Assembly (NCBI GenBank): GCA_934635045.1
Contig: CAKTZA010000001.1
Location: 18,640 to 82,639, forward strand
From: an uncultured Kiritimatiellota bacterium
GTDB taxonomy: Bacteria; Verrucomicrobiota; Kiritimatiellia; RFP12; UBA1067
DNA: 64,000 nt
Direction of reading: 5' to 3'
The position numbers and the translations under genes are program-made. Of this stretch, positions 17,907 to 27,592 are shown one piece after another. The first letter of the stretch is position 1, and each line of letters begins with the position of its first letter. The notes below the pieces were generated by a model that had not been told where the DNA came from, ran no database searches, and saw only the letters and a list, made by a program, of their open reading frames with translations.

Positions 17907-20099
17907 ATGCGACAGACGTTGAAAACGGCGTGCCTGCTGGCGGCGGCGTACCTTGCCGGCGGAACGGGCTTCTGCGCGGAGGCCGGCAAGCCCGGATTCG
18001 GGAACGCGGCGTGGGTGTTCCCGAAGACCCTCGCCGCGGCGACGAACACGACCGTCGAGTTCCGGACGCCTTTCACGGCCCCGAACGGCGGCGCCGCGCG
18101 CCTCGCCCTCGCGGCGGATACGGTCTGCGCCGTCTTCCTGAACGGAGAGCCGGTCGTGGAAACGCTCCGCTTCCCCGACGTGCCGCCCGCGCGGTTTTAC
18201 GACGTTCTGGATATTCCCTCCGTCAAAAAAGGGCAGAACGAGCTTCTGGTTCGTCTGTACGTGCAGGGCATTGACAGCTTTCAGCACATTCCGGGCGATC
18301 CCGGTCTCCTCTTCCGCCTGACGGGGGCGGACTTCTCCGCATCGAGCGGGGAGGGGACTTTCTGGCGCGTGGCCACGCAGAACCGCGCCGAAGGCGTGCC
18401 GCTCGTCACGGGTCAGCTGGGCTATTCGTTCGAGTTCCGCGCGAACGCGCAGCCGGCGGCCTGGCGGCCCGTCGCGGCGGCCGACTGCGTGAGGCCCGCG
18501 CGCACCATGGATCTGAGGCTCCGGCCCGTCGCGTTCGCCCGCACCCATGCGCCGGTTCCTTCCCGTGTCATCGCCGAGGCGACGCTCAACGGGTCTCCCG
18601 TTCCCGAAAAAGTCGCCGAGGGCATGGATCGGACGGGACTCTGGCCAACGGAAGTGCTGCTTTCGGACGGCAAGACGGCGAATCCCGCCTGCCTTTCGGC
18701 CGGCGTCTCCTTCCTCCTCGATCTGGGCCGCGAGGAGTGCGGGCTTCTCTACCTCGACTGCGAGACGGACGAAGGAACGGTCATCGACATCGGCTGGGCC
18801 GAACACGCCGAGAACGGGCGCATCCGGGCGCACGTCGGCGCGCGCAATTTCGCCGGGCGCTACGTCGCCCGCGAGGGCCGGCAGACGTTCACGAACTGGC
18901 AGCGCCGCATGGCGGGCCGCTACGTCGAACTCCACGTGCGCGGGGCGAAGACCCGCTTCGTGCTGAACGCCGCGACGGTCAAACCCGTCCTGCTGCCCGT
19001 GCGGCGGCGGCCCGTCCCCGGCGGATTGAACCCCGTGCAGAAGAAAATCTGGGAAACCGCCGTGCGGACGCTCGAACTGTGCATGCACGAGCATTACGAG
19101 GACTGTCCGTGGCGCGAACAGGCCCTTTACGCGAACGACGCGCGCAACCAGATCCTGGCGGGACATTATGCCTTTGAGGGCAACGAGGCATTCGCCGCGC
19201 TGTCGCTCGAACTGCTCGCGAAGGGTCTGCAGCCGGACGGCTGGATCTCGCTCTGCATGCCCATGCGGCTGGACTTCACCATTCCCTCCTTCACCTTTTC
19301 ATGGAATCTCGCCCTCAAGGATCACTGGGACTTTACGAAGGACGAGGCGTTTGTCCGGCGGATGTTCCCGACCGCGCGGGCGATTCTCGACAGGCGCATC
19401 GGCGAGATGAAGGACGGGCTCCTGCCGTGCCCGACGGGGAAAGGCTACTGGCAGTTCTACGACTGGGCGAAGGGTCTTTCGGGCGACGGCCGCCTGCCCG
19501 ACGGCGCGCTTCGCTACGAAGCTCCGCTCAACCTGCTGTTCCTTTCGGCCCTTGAGGCGGATGCCGCGCTCGCGGACGTTCTCGGCGAACGCGAGGCGGC
19601 GGTGCGGTGGCGCGCGTGCGCGACGAAACTGCGCGCGGCGATCACCGCCCGGTTCTGGAATCCGGCGGAAGGGCGCTTCGAGATGGCCGTTCGGGACGGC
19701 GGCTTCGCCCGCGAACCCGCTTCGGAACTGGTGCAATCCCTCGCCATTCTCGCCGACGCCGTGCCGCCGGCCGCGCGGACGGCCCTCGCCGAGAAACTCA
19801 GCCGCCCCTCGGACTGGACCGAGACGACGCTCAGCCAGTCCCTGCACAAGTACGCCGCGCTCCGGAAGGCGGGGCCTGTTTATGCCCGCCGCGCCATGGA
19901 GTCGATGAACCGGGCATGGTCGGCGATGCTGGACGCGGGCGCGACGAGTTTCTGGGAGATGAAGGAAGGGTGGCCCGCCTTCGCGGGCGCGGGGAGCCTC
20001 TGCCACGGCTGGTCGGCCATCCCCGTCTACTTCTATGGAATTGAAATGTCGCACGATACTGAAAAACCGTCAACACCTGAAAAGGAGATGAAAAAATGA
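17907..20099 (+). CDS. GH78-like (alpha-L-rhamnosidase-type) six-hairpin glycosidase
   Basis: 'CMHEHYEDCPWREQALYANDARNQ' and 'GYWQFYDWA' are six-hairpin motifs. The N-terminal module 'ARLALAADTVCAVFLNGEPV' is rhamnosidase-N-like. GGGAGG lies 6 nt before ATG 17907. Confidence 0.75.
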   Translation: MRQTLKTACLLAAAYLAGGTGFCAEAGKPGFGNAAWVFPKTLAAATNTTVEFRTPFTAPNGGAARLALAADTVCAVFLNGEPVVETLRFPDVPPARFYDVLDIPSVKKGQNELLVRLYVQGIDSFQHIPGDPGLLFRLTGADFSASSGEGTFWRVATQNRAEGVPLVTGQLGYSFEFRANAQPAAWRPVAAADCVRPARTMDLRLRPVAFARTHAPVPSRVIAEATLNGSPVPEKVAEGMDRTGLWPTEVLLSDGKTANPACLSAGVSFLLDLGREECGLLYLDCETDEGTVIDIGWAEHAENGRIRAHVGARNFAGRYVAREGRQTFTNWQRRMAGRYVELHVRGAKTRFVLNAATVKPVLLPVRRRPVPGGLNPVQKKIWETAVRTLELCMHEHYEDCPWREQALYANDARNQILAGHYAFEGNEAFAALSLELLAKGLQPDGWISLCMPMRLDFTIPSFTFSWNLALKDHWDFTKDEAFVRRMFPTARAILDRRIGEMKDGLLPCPTGKGYWQFYDWAKGLSGDGRLPDGALRYEAPLNLLFLSALEADAALADVLGEREAAVRWRACATKLRAAITARFWNPAEGRFEMAVRDGGFAREPASELVQSLAILADAVPPAARTALAEKLSRPSDWTETTLSQSLHKYAALRKAGPVYARRAMESMNRAWSAMLDAGATSFWEMKEGWPAFAGAGSLCHGWSAIPVYFYGIEMSHDTEKPSTPEKEMKK

Positions 20100-23000
20100 T
20101 AAGGATGAGAAAGAGAATGGGCTGTTTGCTGGCAATGGCCTTGCTGGCGTTCGGCAATGTGTGGGCGAAAGCGAAAATCAGCCTGAACGTCGAGCCGCTG
20201 TCGGCGCTCTCCTCGGATCGCATTTCGATCAATTTCAACTACTGGTCGCCGAACAAATTCGGCGTCGGGATGTCGGAGTTCACGCTTGTCGACGTCGACA
20301 CGGGCAAGCGCTACACGCAGAAGGTTCCGATTGAGATTCATGGCGGCAACCAGTCGGGCTACAGCGTCTCCTGGGGCGGCAAGGCCCCGTTCCAGAAGCC
20401 CGTGCCGGCGGGCTACGAGGACAAGATCGCGCAGGAAACCGAGAAGATTCCGCCGGGTTTCTACGCCCCCGAAGTCGTCATCTATTCGGCGGACGGCGAG
20501 GAACTCGCCAGACAGACGGTCTCGGCGGCGGAACTTTCCGTCCTGAAGGCGGATCGTTCGGGCGGCCGCGTCTACGACGAGGGGGCCGTGACCAACGCGA
20601 CGAAGACCCTCGAAGGCTGGCGCGACAAGGTCGAGGCGGCCCGCGAGAAGGCCGCCAAGGCCGGGGCCGACACCAGCCGCCCCGACATCTTCCGCACGGC
20701 CCTCAAGGTCGCGCTCCGCTTCAACGACAACTGGATCAAGAGCAGGATGACCCACATTCCGATCGAGAACGCCCAGTATGCCGATGTGGTCGGTCCGAAG
20801 GTTCTCGACGAATACGAGCGGATTGCGAAGAATCCGAAGACCGCCTTTCCTTCGGCGTTCATCCCCATGCCGAAGGAGCGCCTGAGCGTCGGGGACGGCG
20901 TTTTCACCACGCCCGACGGCAAGCCCATCTTCCTGCTCGGCCAGTGCATGTGGGACGTGTGGCCCCACTGGGACATCCTCAGCGACCTGCACATGAACCT
21001 CACCCACTTCGAGTTCAACCACGACCGCCTGTTCACGAACTCCGAGACCGAGGAACCCGAGGGCGAACTCTACATGAGCGACGGCAACATCCCCGGCCGG
21101 ATCAAGGTGACCGACGCGCTCGACCGCTGTCTCAAATACGGCATGAAGGTCGATTTTGGGCTGACCAGTTCGCCGCCGAGATGGATGTTCGAAAAATATC
21201 CCGATGCGAACTCGGGGGCGCATTCCGTCGCGTGGATGCTGCCGTGGGACATCGAGCACCCGAAGTTCCGCGAGCATTGCGCGAAGCTCGTCAAGGCCGT
21301 CATGACGCGCGTGGCGAACCACCCCGCCATCAACACGATCTGGCTCGCCAACGAGCCGGGCTACGCGAACTACGGCGACCGTTTCCAGGCCCTCTTCCGC
21401 GAGGAAATGAAGAAGAAGTACGGCACGATCGCCGCGCTGAACGAGAAGTGGGCGACGGACTACACCGCGTTCGACGAACTCACCCTTCCCCTTCAGGGCA
21501 ATGGCGCGGGCGGCCGTGAATATTACGACTTCATCCACAGGCGTCTCGTGAAGGCCCTTGACTTCATGAAGGCGGAAGTCCGAAAGTATGACAAGACCGT
21601 GCGGATCTGCTACAAGCTGAACAACCTTCAGATGGGCTGGTACAGGCCCTTCACGAACGTCGACCAGGAGGGCGTCACCGACCTTGGCGACGTCGTCGGC
21701 ATGGATTCGGGAACGTATCCCTTCGCGAAGAACTACTACGACTGGCTACAGTGCCTGACGCCCGGCAAGCCCGTGGTGAACCTCGAGTTCAAGGGCGGCG
21801 GACGCCGCGCCAAGCTCGACGCGTGGAAGTCGGTCTATTACGGGCTCGCGGCGGTCGACTGGTGGGGGTGGCACGGCAACCCGTGGTTCGCCCAGAGCAT
21901 GAGCAGTCTCGCCTCGCTCTACGAGACGACCTACGCCGCCTCCGAGATCCAGCGCAACTACGCGGCCATCCGCGCCTTCCACAAGCTGCCGCGCTCCCCG
22001 TTCTGCATCGTCTACCCGACCCCGCTGGATCCGGGCGACGCGATGAACAAGGCCTATTTCGCCGCGCTCAAGCCGGTCTCGGAAGCGCTCAAGTTCCTCG
22101 GCTACATCCCCGATTACGCGACCGAGAAGCGCATCGCGGACGGTCGCCTGGACGCCTACGCCTACGACTTTCTGGTGATGCCCTCGGTGGACGGCATTTC
22201 CGACGAAACGGAGGCGCGGCTCAAGGACTGGATCGCCAAGGGCCGCAAGGTTCTCGTCTTCGGGAACAAGCCCCTGCACGACCGTCTCGGGGCGGCGCGC
22301 GACGCGACGTGGCTGCGCGAGATCCCGGGCCAGGTCTGGGTTCTGCCCGTGCCCGAATCGACGATTGCCGCGTGCAAGACGATCGGGGAAATCGTCCTCC
22401 CGCAGCTGCCGCCGCGCCCGTTCGTCGTCGAGAACGCCGCGAAGGACTCGATCGAGTTCAGTTCCGTGCCGTGGAAGGACGCGAAGGGCCGCCCCGCCGT
22501 CCTCACGTGGATCTGCAGCGAGCGCGCTCCGCGCGGCGCGGGTCTCCTGAAGAACGAGACGTGGCCGATCAAGCCCGTCCTCGCCGTCCCGGCCGCCGAC
22601 GCGGTGGATCTCGTGACGGGCGAGAAAGTCGACATGGACGGCTTCGACCTCGCGCCGTGGGACGTGAAGCTGATCCTGTGGACGCCCAAGAAGAAGCTCC
22701 CCGCGAAGCCCGTCCCCGCCGCGAAGAGGCGCAAGATCTGCCTGACGGTCGACTTCTTCGACGAGCTGGGCCTGCACAAGAAAGGGATGAGGCCCGAACA
22801 CGTGCGCCGGCTCGTCCAAACCGCGCGCAAGGCGGGCGTCGACCGGATCGTCTGGCGCGTCGCGGGGCTGGGTGTCGCGGGCTACCACACCCGGCGCCTG
22901 ACGACGCTCGACTGGCTGGCGACGGCCGACCGCTCCGCCATCTGCGCACGGACCAAGGACGGAAAGGTCCCCCAGGACGACCGCTACCGGCCGAACTCCC

Positions 23001-23899
23001 TGCTGGCGAAGGCGCTGCAGACCATGGATCCGCCCGCAGAGGCGGTGAAGGCGTGCCGGGCGGAGGGCCTGGAGTGCTATCTCTGGGTCGATCTCTTCGA
23101 CGAGCAGAACGGCCGCTGGCTCATCGAGCATCCCGAGGCCCTGGTGCGCTCCAAGGCGGGCAAGCCCTGGCCGGGCGTACGCAACTACGCCAACAATGAC
23201 GCGCTGTGGGCGAAGATCGCCGACATCGAGGAGCTCTTCCCCTACAAGGCCGACGGCCTCTACCTTTCCATGGGCTGCCATGCGCGGCTTCTTGTGATCG
23301 ACGAGCCGGACGGCGATTTCGGCAAGCTGCCCGCCGACCGCTTCAATCTCCTCATCCGCCTGATCTCGGAGCGCGTCCACAAGGAGAACATGAAGCTCAT
23401 GGTCGGCGCACCCCTCGGGAAGTCCATCGACTTCGCCGTCCCCTACATGTCGGACAACGTGAAGTACCGCGTGGAACTCGACTGGAAGCGGTGGATCGAC
23501 GAGGGCTGGGCGGATTCCCTCGTCCTCGGCGACTACGAGTGGACGTGGGACGCCGTGCCGAACTGGAAGGCGAAGGGGCTCGACCCCTCGAAACTCGTGC
23601 CGGGGAACGAGCCGGCGGACGTGTTCGCGCCCGAATACGTGGACTACGCGAAGGGCCGCGCCGAGATTCTCTTCTTCTCGAGCTGGCTCTCGGCGTACGC
23701 CCAGCGGCACAAGGGGGCCTCGGCCTCGAGCCTTTCGGGCGCCATGAAACTGCGCACCGACACCGTGCTCAAGTCGGGCGCGGACGGCATGCTGCTGCAC
23801 GAGGCCCACACCTTCGAGTACTACCGGGGCTTCGACACGATACGGGCGATGCGCCGCCGGTTCGACCAGTTCCGCGGTGTTCGTAAAACCGCAAAATGA
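20096..23899 (+). CDS. Giant secreted two-barrel enzyme: GH42-like domain plus a C-terminal TIM-barrel-like (GHL10/DUF187-like) domain
   Basis: Signal peptide MGCLLAMALLAFGNVWA. 'IWLANEPGYANYGDRFQALFREEMKKKYGTIAALNEKWATDY' (GH42-type). The C-terminal 'ICLTVDFFDELGL...VDRIVWRVAGLGVAGYH...ECYLWVDLFDE' suggests a second barrel (inference). ATGA overlap with the upstream stop. Confidence 0.8.
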   Translation: MIRMRKRMGCLLAMALLAFGNVWAKAKISLNVEPLSALSSDRISINFNYWSPNKFGVGMSEFTLVDVDTGKRYTQKVPIEIHGGNQSGYSVSWGGKAPFQKPVPAGYEDKIAQETEKIPPGFYAPEVVIYSADGEELARQTVSAAELSVLKADRSGGRVYDEGAVTNATKTLEGWRDKVEAAREKAAKAGADTSRPDIFRTALKVALRFNDNWIKSRMTHIPIENAQYADVVGPKVLDEYERIAKNPKTAFPSAFIPMPKERLSVGDGVFTTPDGKPIFLLGQCMWDVWPHWDILSDLHMNLTHFEFNHDRLFTNSETEEPEGELYMSDGNIPGRIKVTDALDRCLKYGMKVDFGLTSSPPRWMFEKYPDANSGAHSVAWMLPWDIEHPKFREHCAKLVKAVMTRVANHPAINTIWLANEPGYANYGDRFQALFREEMKKKYGTIAALNEKWATDYTAFDELTLPLQGNGAGGREYYDFIHRRLVKALDFMKAEVRKYDKTVRICYKLNNLQMGWYRPFTNVDQEGVTDLGDVVGMDSGTYPFAKNYYDWLQCLTPGKPVVNLEFKGGGRRAKLDAWKSVYYGLAAVDWWGWHGNPWFAQSMSSLASLYETTYAASEIQRNYAAIRAFHKLPRSPFCIVYPTPLDPGDAMNKAYFAALKPVSEALKFLGYIPDYATEKRIADGRLDAYAYDFLVMPSVDGISDETEARLKDWIAKGRKVLVFGNKPLHDRLGAARDATWLREIPGQVWVLPVPESTIAACKTIGEIVLPQLPPRPFVVENAAKDSIEFSSVPWKDAKGRPAVLTWICSERAPRGAGLLKNETWPIKPVLAVPAADAVDLVTGEKVDMDGFDLAPWDVKLILWTPKKKLPAKPVPAAKRRKICLTVDFFDELGLHKKGMRPEHVRRLVQTARKAGVDRIVWRVAGLGVAGYHTRRLTTLDWLATADRSAICARTKDGKVPQDDRYRPNSLLAKALQTMDPPAEAVKACRAEGLECYLWVDLFDEQNGRWLIEHPEALVRSKAGKPWPGVRNYANNDALWAKIADIEELFPYKADGLYLSMGCHARLLVIDEPDGDFGKLPADRFNLLIRLISERVHKENMKLMVGAPLGKSIDFAVPYMSDNVKYRVELDWKRWIDEGWADSLVLGDYEWTWDAVPNWKAKGLDPSKLVPGNEPADVFAPEYVDYAKGRAEILFFSSWLSAYAQRHKGASASSLSGAMKLRTDTVLKSGADGMLLHEAHTFEYYRGFDTIRAMRRRFDQFRGVRKTAK

Positions 23900-23928
23900 T
23901 TCCGTGAACGCGCCGACGGGGCGGAAAA

Positions 23929-23937
23929 TGGTATTCT
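23929..23937 (+). promoter_or_regulatory. Extended -10 promoter element (PA14 giant)
   Basis: The + strand reads TGGTATTCT, 57 nt before ATG 23995. It lies in the loop of a possible hairpin at 23914-23947, so the call is ambiguous. Confidence 0.35.
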
Positions 23938-23994
23938 CCCCCCGTCGTGGATTATCGGAACTTCAACCATAGCGAATCAAACAGGAGAAAAGTG

Positions 23995-26900
23995 ATGAAA
24001 AGAACATTATCTCGAATCGGTCGCATGGCGATTCTGGTCTGTCTCGGCGGCCTGGGCGCGTTCGCCCTGCGCGCCGAATGGCAGCCCGGGCTCAAGGTCG
24101 GCACGGTGTCGGGCCAGGCGAACTGGACGGACTGGCCCGCCGTCACGAACACGGCGCTCCGCCTGGACGCGACGGAAAAGGCGGAAAACAAGGGCTCCTA
24201 TGTCTTCTGGGCGGAGAACGTCACCTACGTCTACTGGGGCCAGATGTACTTTCAGGAGGGCGTCTACCACTTCGCCGAGTCCATGGACGACAGCGCGTGG
24301 GTGGAGATCGACGGAGAGGTCGTCCTCAAGAACACGCTCTGGAACCAGCGGACGTCGTCGGGTGACGTAGCCATGACGGAGGGCTGGCATGACGTGGCGT
24401 TCCGCTTCGGCAACGGCAGCGGCGGCGCCGGGCCGGTCGCGGGCTTGAACTGGACGGCGACCAAGGGCTTCGGCTACAATTGCAACGGCAAGGACAGCAC
24501 GGACGGCAACGACTACGAGCTTCTCTTCGATACGGGCGACGGGGCGTTTTTCCGCTATGACGACGGGACGGGCTTCGGCAAGCCGGTTCTCGGCGAGGTG
24601 TCCGCAAACGTCATCGACGGCGCGCGCGCGACCGTCACGGCAGACCTCGTTTCGCTTGGCAACGGCAGCGATTCGGCGGAGCTGACGCTTTACTATGGCA
24701 TTGCGGACGGCGGCGAGGACGCTGCGGCGTGGGAACGCGCGCAGGCCCTTCCGACGGCGACGGCGGCGGGCGAGCAGACGGCGACCGTCACGGGACTGGC
24801 GGCCGAGACGACCTACTTCTTCCGCATTTACGCGAAGAACGCGCGCGGCGAGGCCTGGAGCGCGGCGAAGTCGTTCAAGTCGTGGGGCGTTCCGGCGCTG
24901 GCATCCGCCGAGTGCACGGGCGTGGCGCCGGCGGCGGCGGAGTTCGTCTGGGAACTGGGCGCGGGCACGTTCGCGTGGTGCGGGGTCGAACTGCGCGAGA
25001 AGGGCGGCGCGGCGGTCGAGACGACCCTCGGCCTCTTCCCTTCCGGTGAGCGAAAGGACGAGACGATCGCCGGTCTGACGCCTGGCATGGCCTATGAGTG
25101 GAACGTCGTCGCGAGCAACGGGCTGGGGGTCGTCCGCAGCGAGGTCAAGGAGTTCACGACGCTGACGGCGACGGTTGCGAAGCGGAGCGTGAAAGGCGGC
25201 AGCTGGGGCGAGTCGGACACGTGGGAACCGGCGGGCGTACCGGTTTTCGGCGAGGCCGTGACGGTCTCCGCCGGCACGGTCGTCACGAACGCATCGGCGA
25301 CGGCGCAGCTGGCTTCCTTGACGGTCGAGGAGGGCGGCGAACTGTTCGTCGACGGCTGGGATTCGGCGATCCGCGCGGACGGCGCGGTCACCGTCGCCGG
25401 ACGGCTTGTCCATGCGGTAAACGAGGTTCTGGCGCCGAACGCCGCGGGCGAATGGGTTCCGACCGCCCGCGTGTGGGTGGAATGCGGCTCGTTCGCTCTG
25501 ACGGAAACGGGCGTCGTGGACGGACGCGGACGCGGCTATCCCGGCGCGCGCAAGGGCGAAGGCGACCCGAATAAAGATCCTGCTCAGGGCGGCTCCTATG
25601 GCCGTGGCCCGGCGGGCGGACGCTTTCATGCGTCCGGCGGCAGTCATGGCGGCACGGGCGGCTGGCTTGAAGCTGACAACGGCGCCTATCTCCCCGAACG
25701 CCGCCGTCCCGCCTACGATTCCGTCACCGCGCCGACCCAGCCGGGCAGCGGCGCGAACAAGTCGGACGACAAAGACGCGGGGTGCGGCGGCGGCGTGGTG
25801 CGCATCGTGGCGACGGGCGACGTCCGCATTGACGGAACCGTGGACGTGGACGGGACGATGAAGGAGGAGATTCCGGGACTGAACCACTACATGGGCGGCG
25901 CCGGCGGCTCGGTCTGGATTTCCTGCGCGCGGATTCTCGGCTCGGGTCGGGTGAGCGCCAACGGCGGCCCCGGCGTCTACTACGGTGCCGCAGGCGGCGG
26001 CGGACGCATCGCCGTCAATTACGATCTGGCGGCGCAGTCCGCCGTCGATCTGCCGGGCGTGCGTTTCCTCGCCCTCGGCGGTTCCGCCGACTTTGAGGAT
26101 GGCGACATGGTCGGTGGAAAGCGGCGGCTTGCCTTCAGACGGTACGTCAACGTCAAGGCGGGCGGTCTCGGCACGCTCTGGTTCCCCGACAGCCAGTTCC
26201 TCGTCCGTTCCCTCGCGGCGGGCGCGTTCCGCCACGGCGGACTCTGGATGGCGCCCGGCGTTCCGGCGGACCTCGTGGTCGACGGCGATTTCCTCATCGA
26301 CGGCGGTGCGCTCGCCCTCCCGGCGGCGGCGAACCTCACCGTTACGGGGAACCTTTCCGTCAAGGGCAGCACCTACCCCGAAAAGAAACCGAACGGGCTT
26401 CTGCGGACGATGGTCCAGCCGTCGAGCCGCCTGATGCTGACGAACGGCACGCTCGTTGTCGGCGGGACGTTTGCCGCGACGAATACGTTCGTCGAACTTC
26501 TCAATTCGACGCTTTCCGTTGCGGGCGACGTCGACTTCTCCTGCGTGCGCGGCGTGGCCGGGTCGGACGGCGAGTTCCGTCCGGTCTGGACGTTCGGCGG
26601 TTCGGCGCGGTTCTCCGGCGGGACGGCGGTCATTGTCGAGTCCGGCGCGGACGGTGCGCGGCCGACGTCGATCCAGGAGATTCCCGCGTCCGGCGGCGCG
26701 CTGCTCTCCGTCGCGAAGGAGCTCTCGCTCGTGAAAAGCTCCGTCTGGCCGAAGTCCCACCCGACGAACGGCGGCTCGCCGTGGTTCCATGTCGGCAGCC
26801 TCGTCATCGACAAGGACTCCTCGTTCGACGCCGACCGGTTCGGCTTCGCGGGTTACGTGAAGGAAAAGGGCGTGGGCCGCGGACCGGGCGGGGGCTATGG

Positions 26901-27531
26901 CGGGAGCGGGCAAGTCGCGAAGGCGGGCGGCGGCGGCTACGGCGGACGCGGCGCGAACGCCGCGACGATAGGCGACAAAGACTGGGGCGCGACGTATGGC
27001 TCGGCCTCTGCGCCGTACCTGCCGGGCTCGTCCGGCGGCTGCGTGGAAGATCACGCGCCGGACGCGGGCGGCGCGATTCGCATTCTCTGCGACGGCGTGG
27101 TGACGATGGACGGTGCGCTGACGGCGAGCGGTTCGCCTTATACCCCGCTCGGGAACTGGGGGTGCGGCGCGTCTGGCGGCGCCGTCTGGGTCATCTGCCG
27201 CGCCTTCAAGGGGACGAACCCTGACGCGAAGCTGAAGGCGATCGGCAGCGACGGCGTCAACGCCAACTACATCGCCGGCGGCGGCGGCCGCATCGCCGTG
27301 TGGATGGGCGTCCGCCCCAGGACGACGGGAACGCATGTCGCCAAGCTGCTTGCCGAGGAGACGGGCGCAGCCTTCGCGACGGAACAGCCCGCCTCGTGGG
27401 CCGGCACGACGAGCGCGGCGGCGGGCAGCAAGGTGAAGGACGCGCCCACGTACCAGCATTCGGATGCGGAGGACGGCACGGTGACGTGGCTGTCGATTCC
27501 CTCGGGAGGGCTGATGTTCTTCATTCGTTGA
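23995..27531 (+). CDS. Giant secreted PA14 + 2x FN3-like + duplicated glycine-rich beta-helix protein; ends ...GGLMFFIR
   Basis: AGGAG lies before ATG 23995, followed by signal peptide MKRTLSRIGRMAILVCLGGLGAFALRA. PA14-like 'YVYWGQMYFQEGVYHFAESMDDSAWVEIDGEVVL...GWHDVAFRFGNGSGGAG'. FN3-like 'TVTGLAAETTYFFRIYAKNARGEAWS'. Two ordered sets of GGxVRI / GGxVWI / GGGGRIAV motifs. Confidence 0.8.
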   Translation: MKRTLSRIGRMAILVCLGGLGAFALRAEWQPGLKVGTVSGQANWTDWPAVTNTALRLDATEKAENKGSYVFWAENVTYVYWGQMYFQEGVYHFAESMDDSAWVEIDGEVVLKNTLWNQRTSSGDVAMTEGWHDVAFRFGNGSGGAGPVAGLNWTATKGFGYNCNGKDSTDGNDYELLFDTGDGAFFRYDDGTGFGKPVLGEVSANVIDGARATVTADLVSLGNGSDSAELTLYYGIADGGEDAAAWERAQALPTATAAGEQTATVTGLAAETTYFFRIYAKNARGEAWSAAKSFKSWGVPALASAECTGVAPAAAEFVWELGAGTFAWCGVELREKGGAAVETTLGLFPSGERKDETIAGLTPGMAYEWNVVASNGLGVVRSEVKEFTTLTATVAKRSVKGGSWGESDTWEPAGVPVFGEAVTVSAGTVVTNASATAQLASLTVEEGGELFVDGWDSAIRADGAVTVAGRLVHAVNEVLAPNAAGEWVPTARVWVECGSFALTETGVVDGRGRGYPGARKGEGDPNKDPAQGGSYGRGPAGGRFHASGGSHGGTGGWLEADNGAYLPERRRPAYDSVTAPTQPGSGANKSDDKDAGCGGGVVRIVATGDVRIDGTVDVDGTMKEEIPGLNHYMGGAGGSVWISCARILGSGRVSANGGPGVYYGAAGGGGRIAVNYDLAAQSAVDLPGVRFLALGGSADFEDGDMVGGKRRLAFRRYVNVKAGGLGTLWFPDSQFLVRSLAAGAFRHGGLWMAPGVPADLVVDGDFLIDGGALALPAAANLTVTGNLSVKGSTYPEKKPNGLLRTMVQPSSRLMLTNGTLVVGGTFAATNTFVELLNSTLSVAGDVDFSCVRGVAGSDGEFRPVWTFGGSARFSGGTAVIVESGADGARPTSIQEIPASGGALLSVAKELSLVKSSVWPKSHPTNGGSPWFHVGSLVIDKDSSFDADRFGFAGYVKEKGVGRGPGGGYGGSGQVAKAGGGGYGGRGANAATIGDKDWGATYGSASAPYLPGSSGGCVEDHAPDAGGAIRILCDGVVTMDGALTASGSPYTPLGNWGCGASGGAVWVICRAFKGTNPDAKLKAIGSDGVNANYIAGGGGRIAVWMGVRPRTTGTHVAKLLAEETGAAFATEQPASWAGTTSAAAGSKVKDAPTYQHSDAEDGTVTWLSIPSGGLMFFIR

Positions 27532-27592
27532 CAGTTTGCCCCGGACGCTTCTGACAAAAACAAGAAGTGCGTCAAGTATGCGGGCGGCGCAG

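Noticed and set aside
23914-23947. Hairpin CGACGGGG-n18-CCCCGTCG after the 20096..23899 gene, considered as a terminator.
   Set aside because: It has an 8-bp stem with a large 18-nt loop and no T-run. Its loop contains the TGGTATTCT motif that I prefer to read as the promoter of the next gene. The call remains ambiguous.
27544-27573. Imperfect hairpin GACGCTTCT-n10-AGAAGTGCGTC after the PA14 giant.
   Set aside because: The stem is interrupted (5+4 bp), the loop is A-rich, and no following T-run is present. This is low-confidence terminator evidence only.
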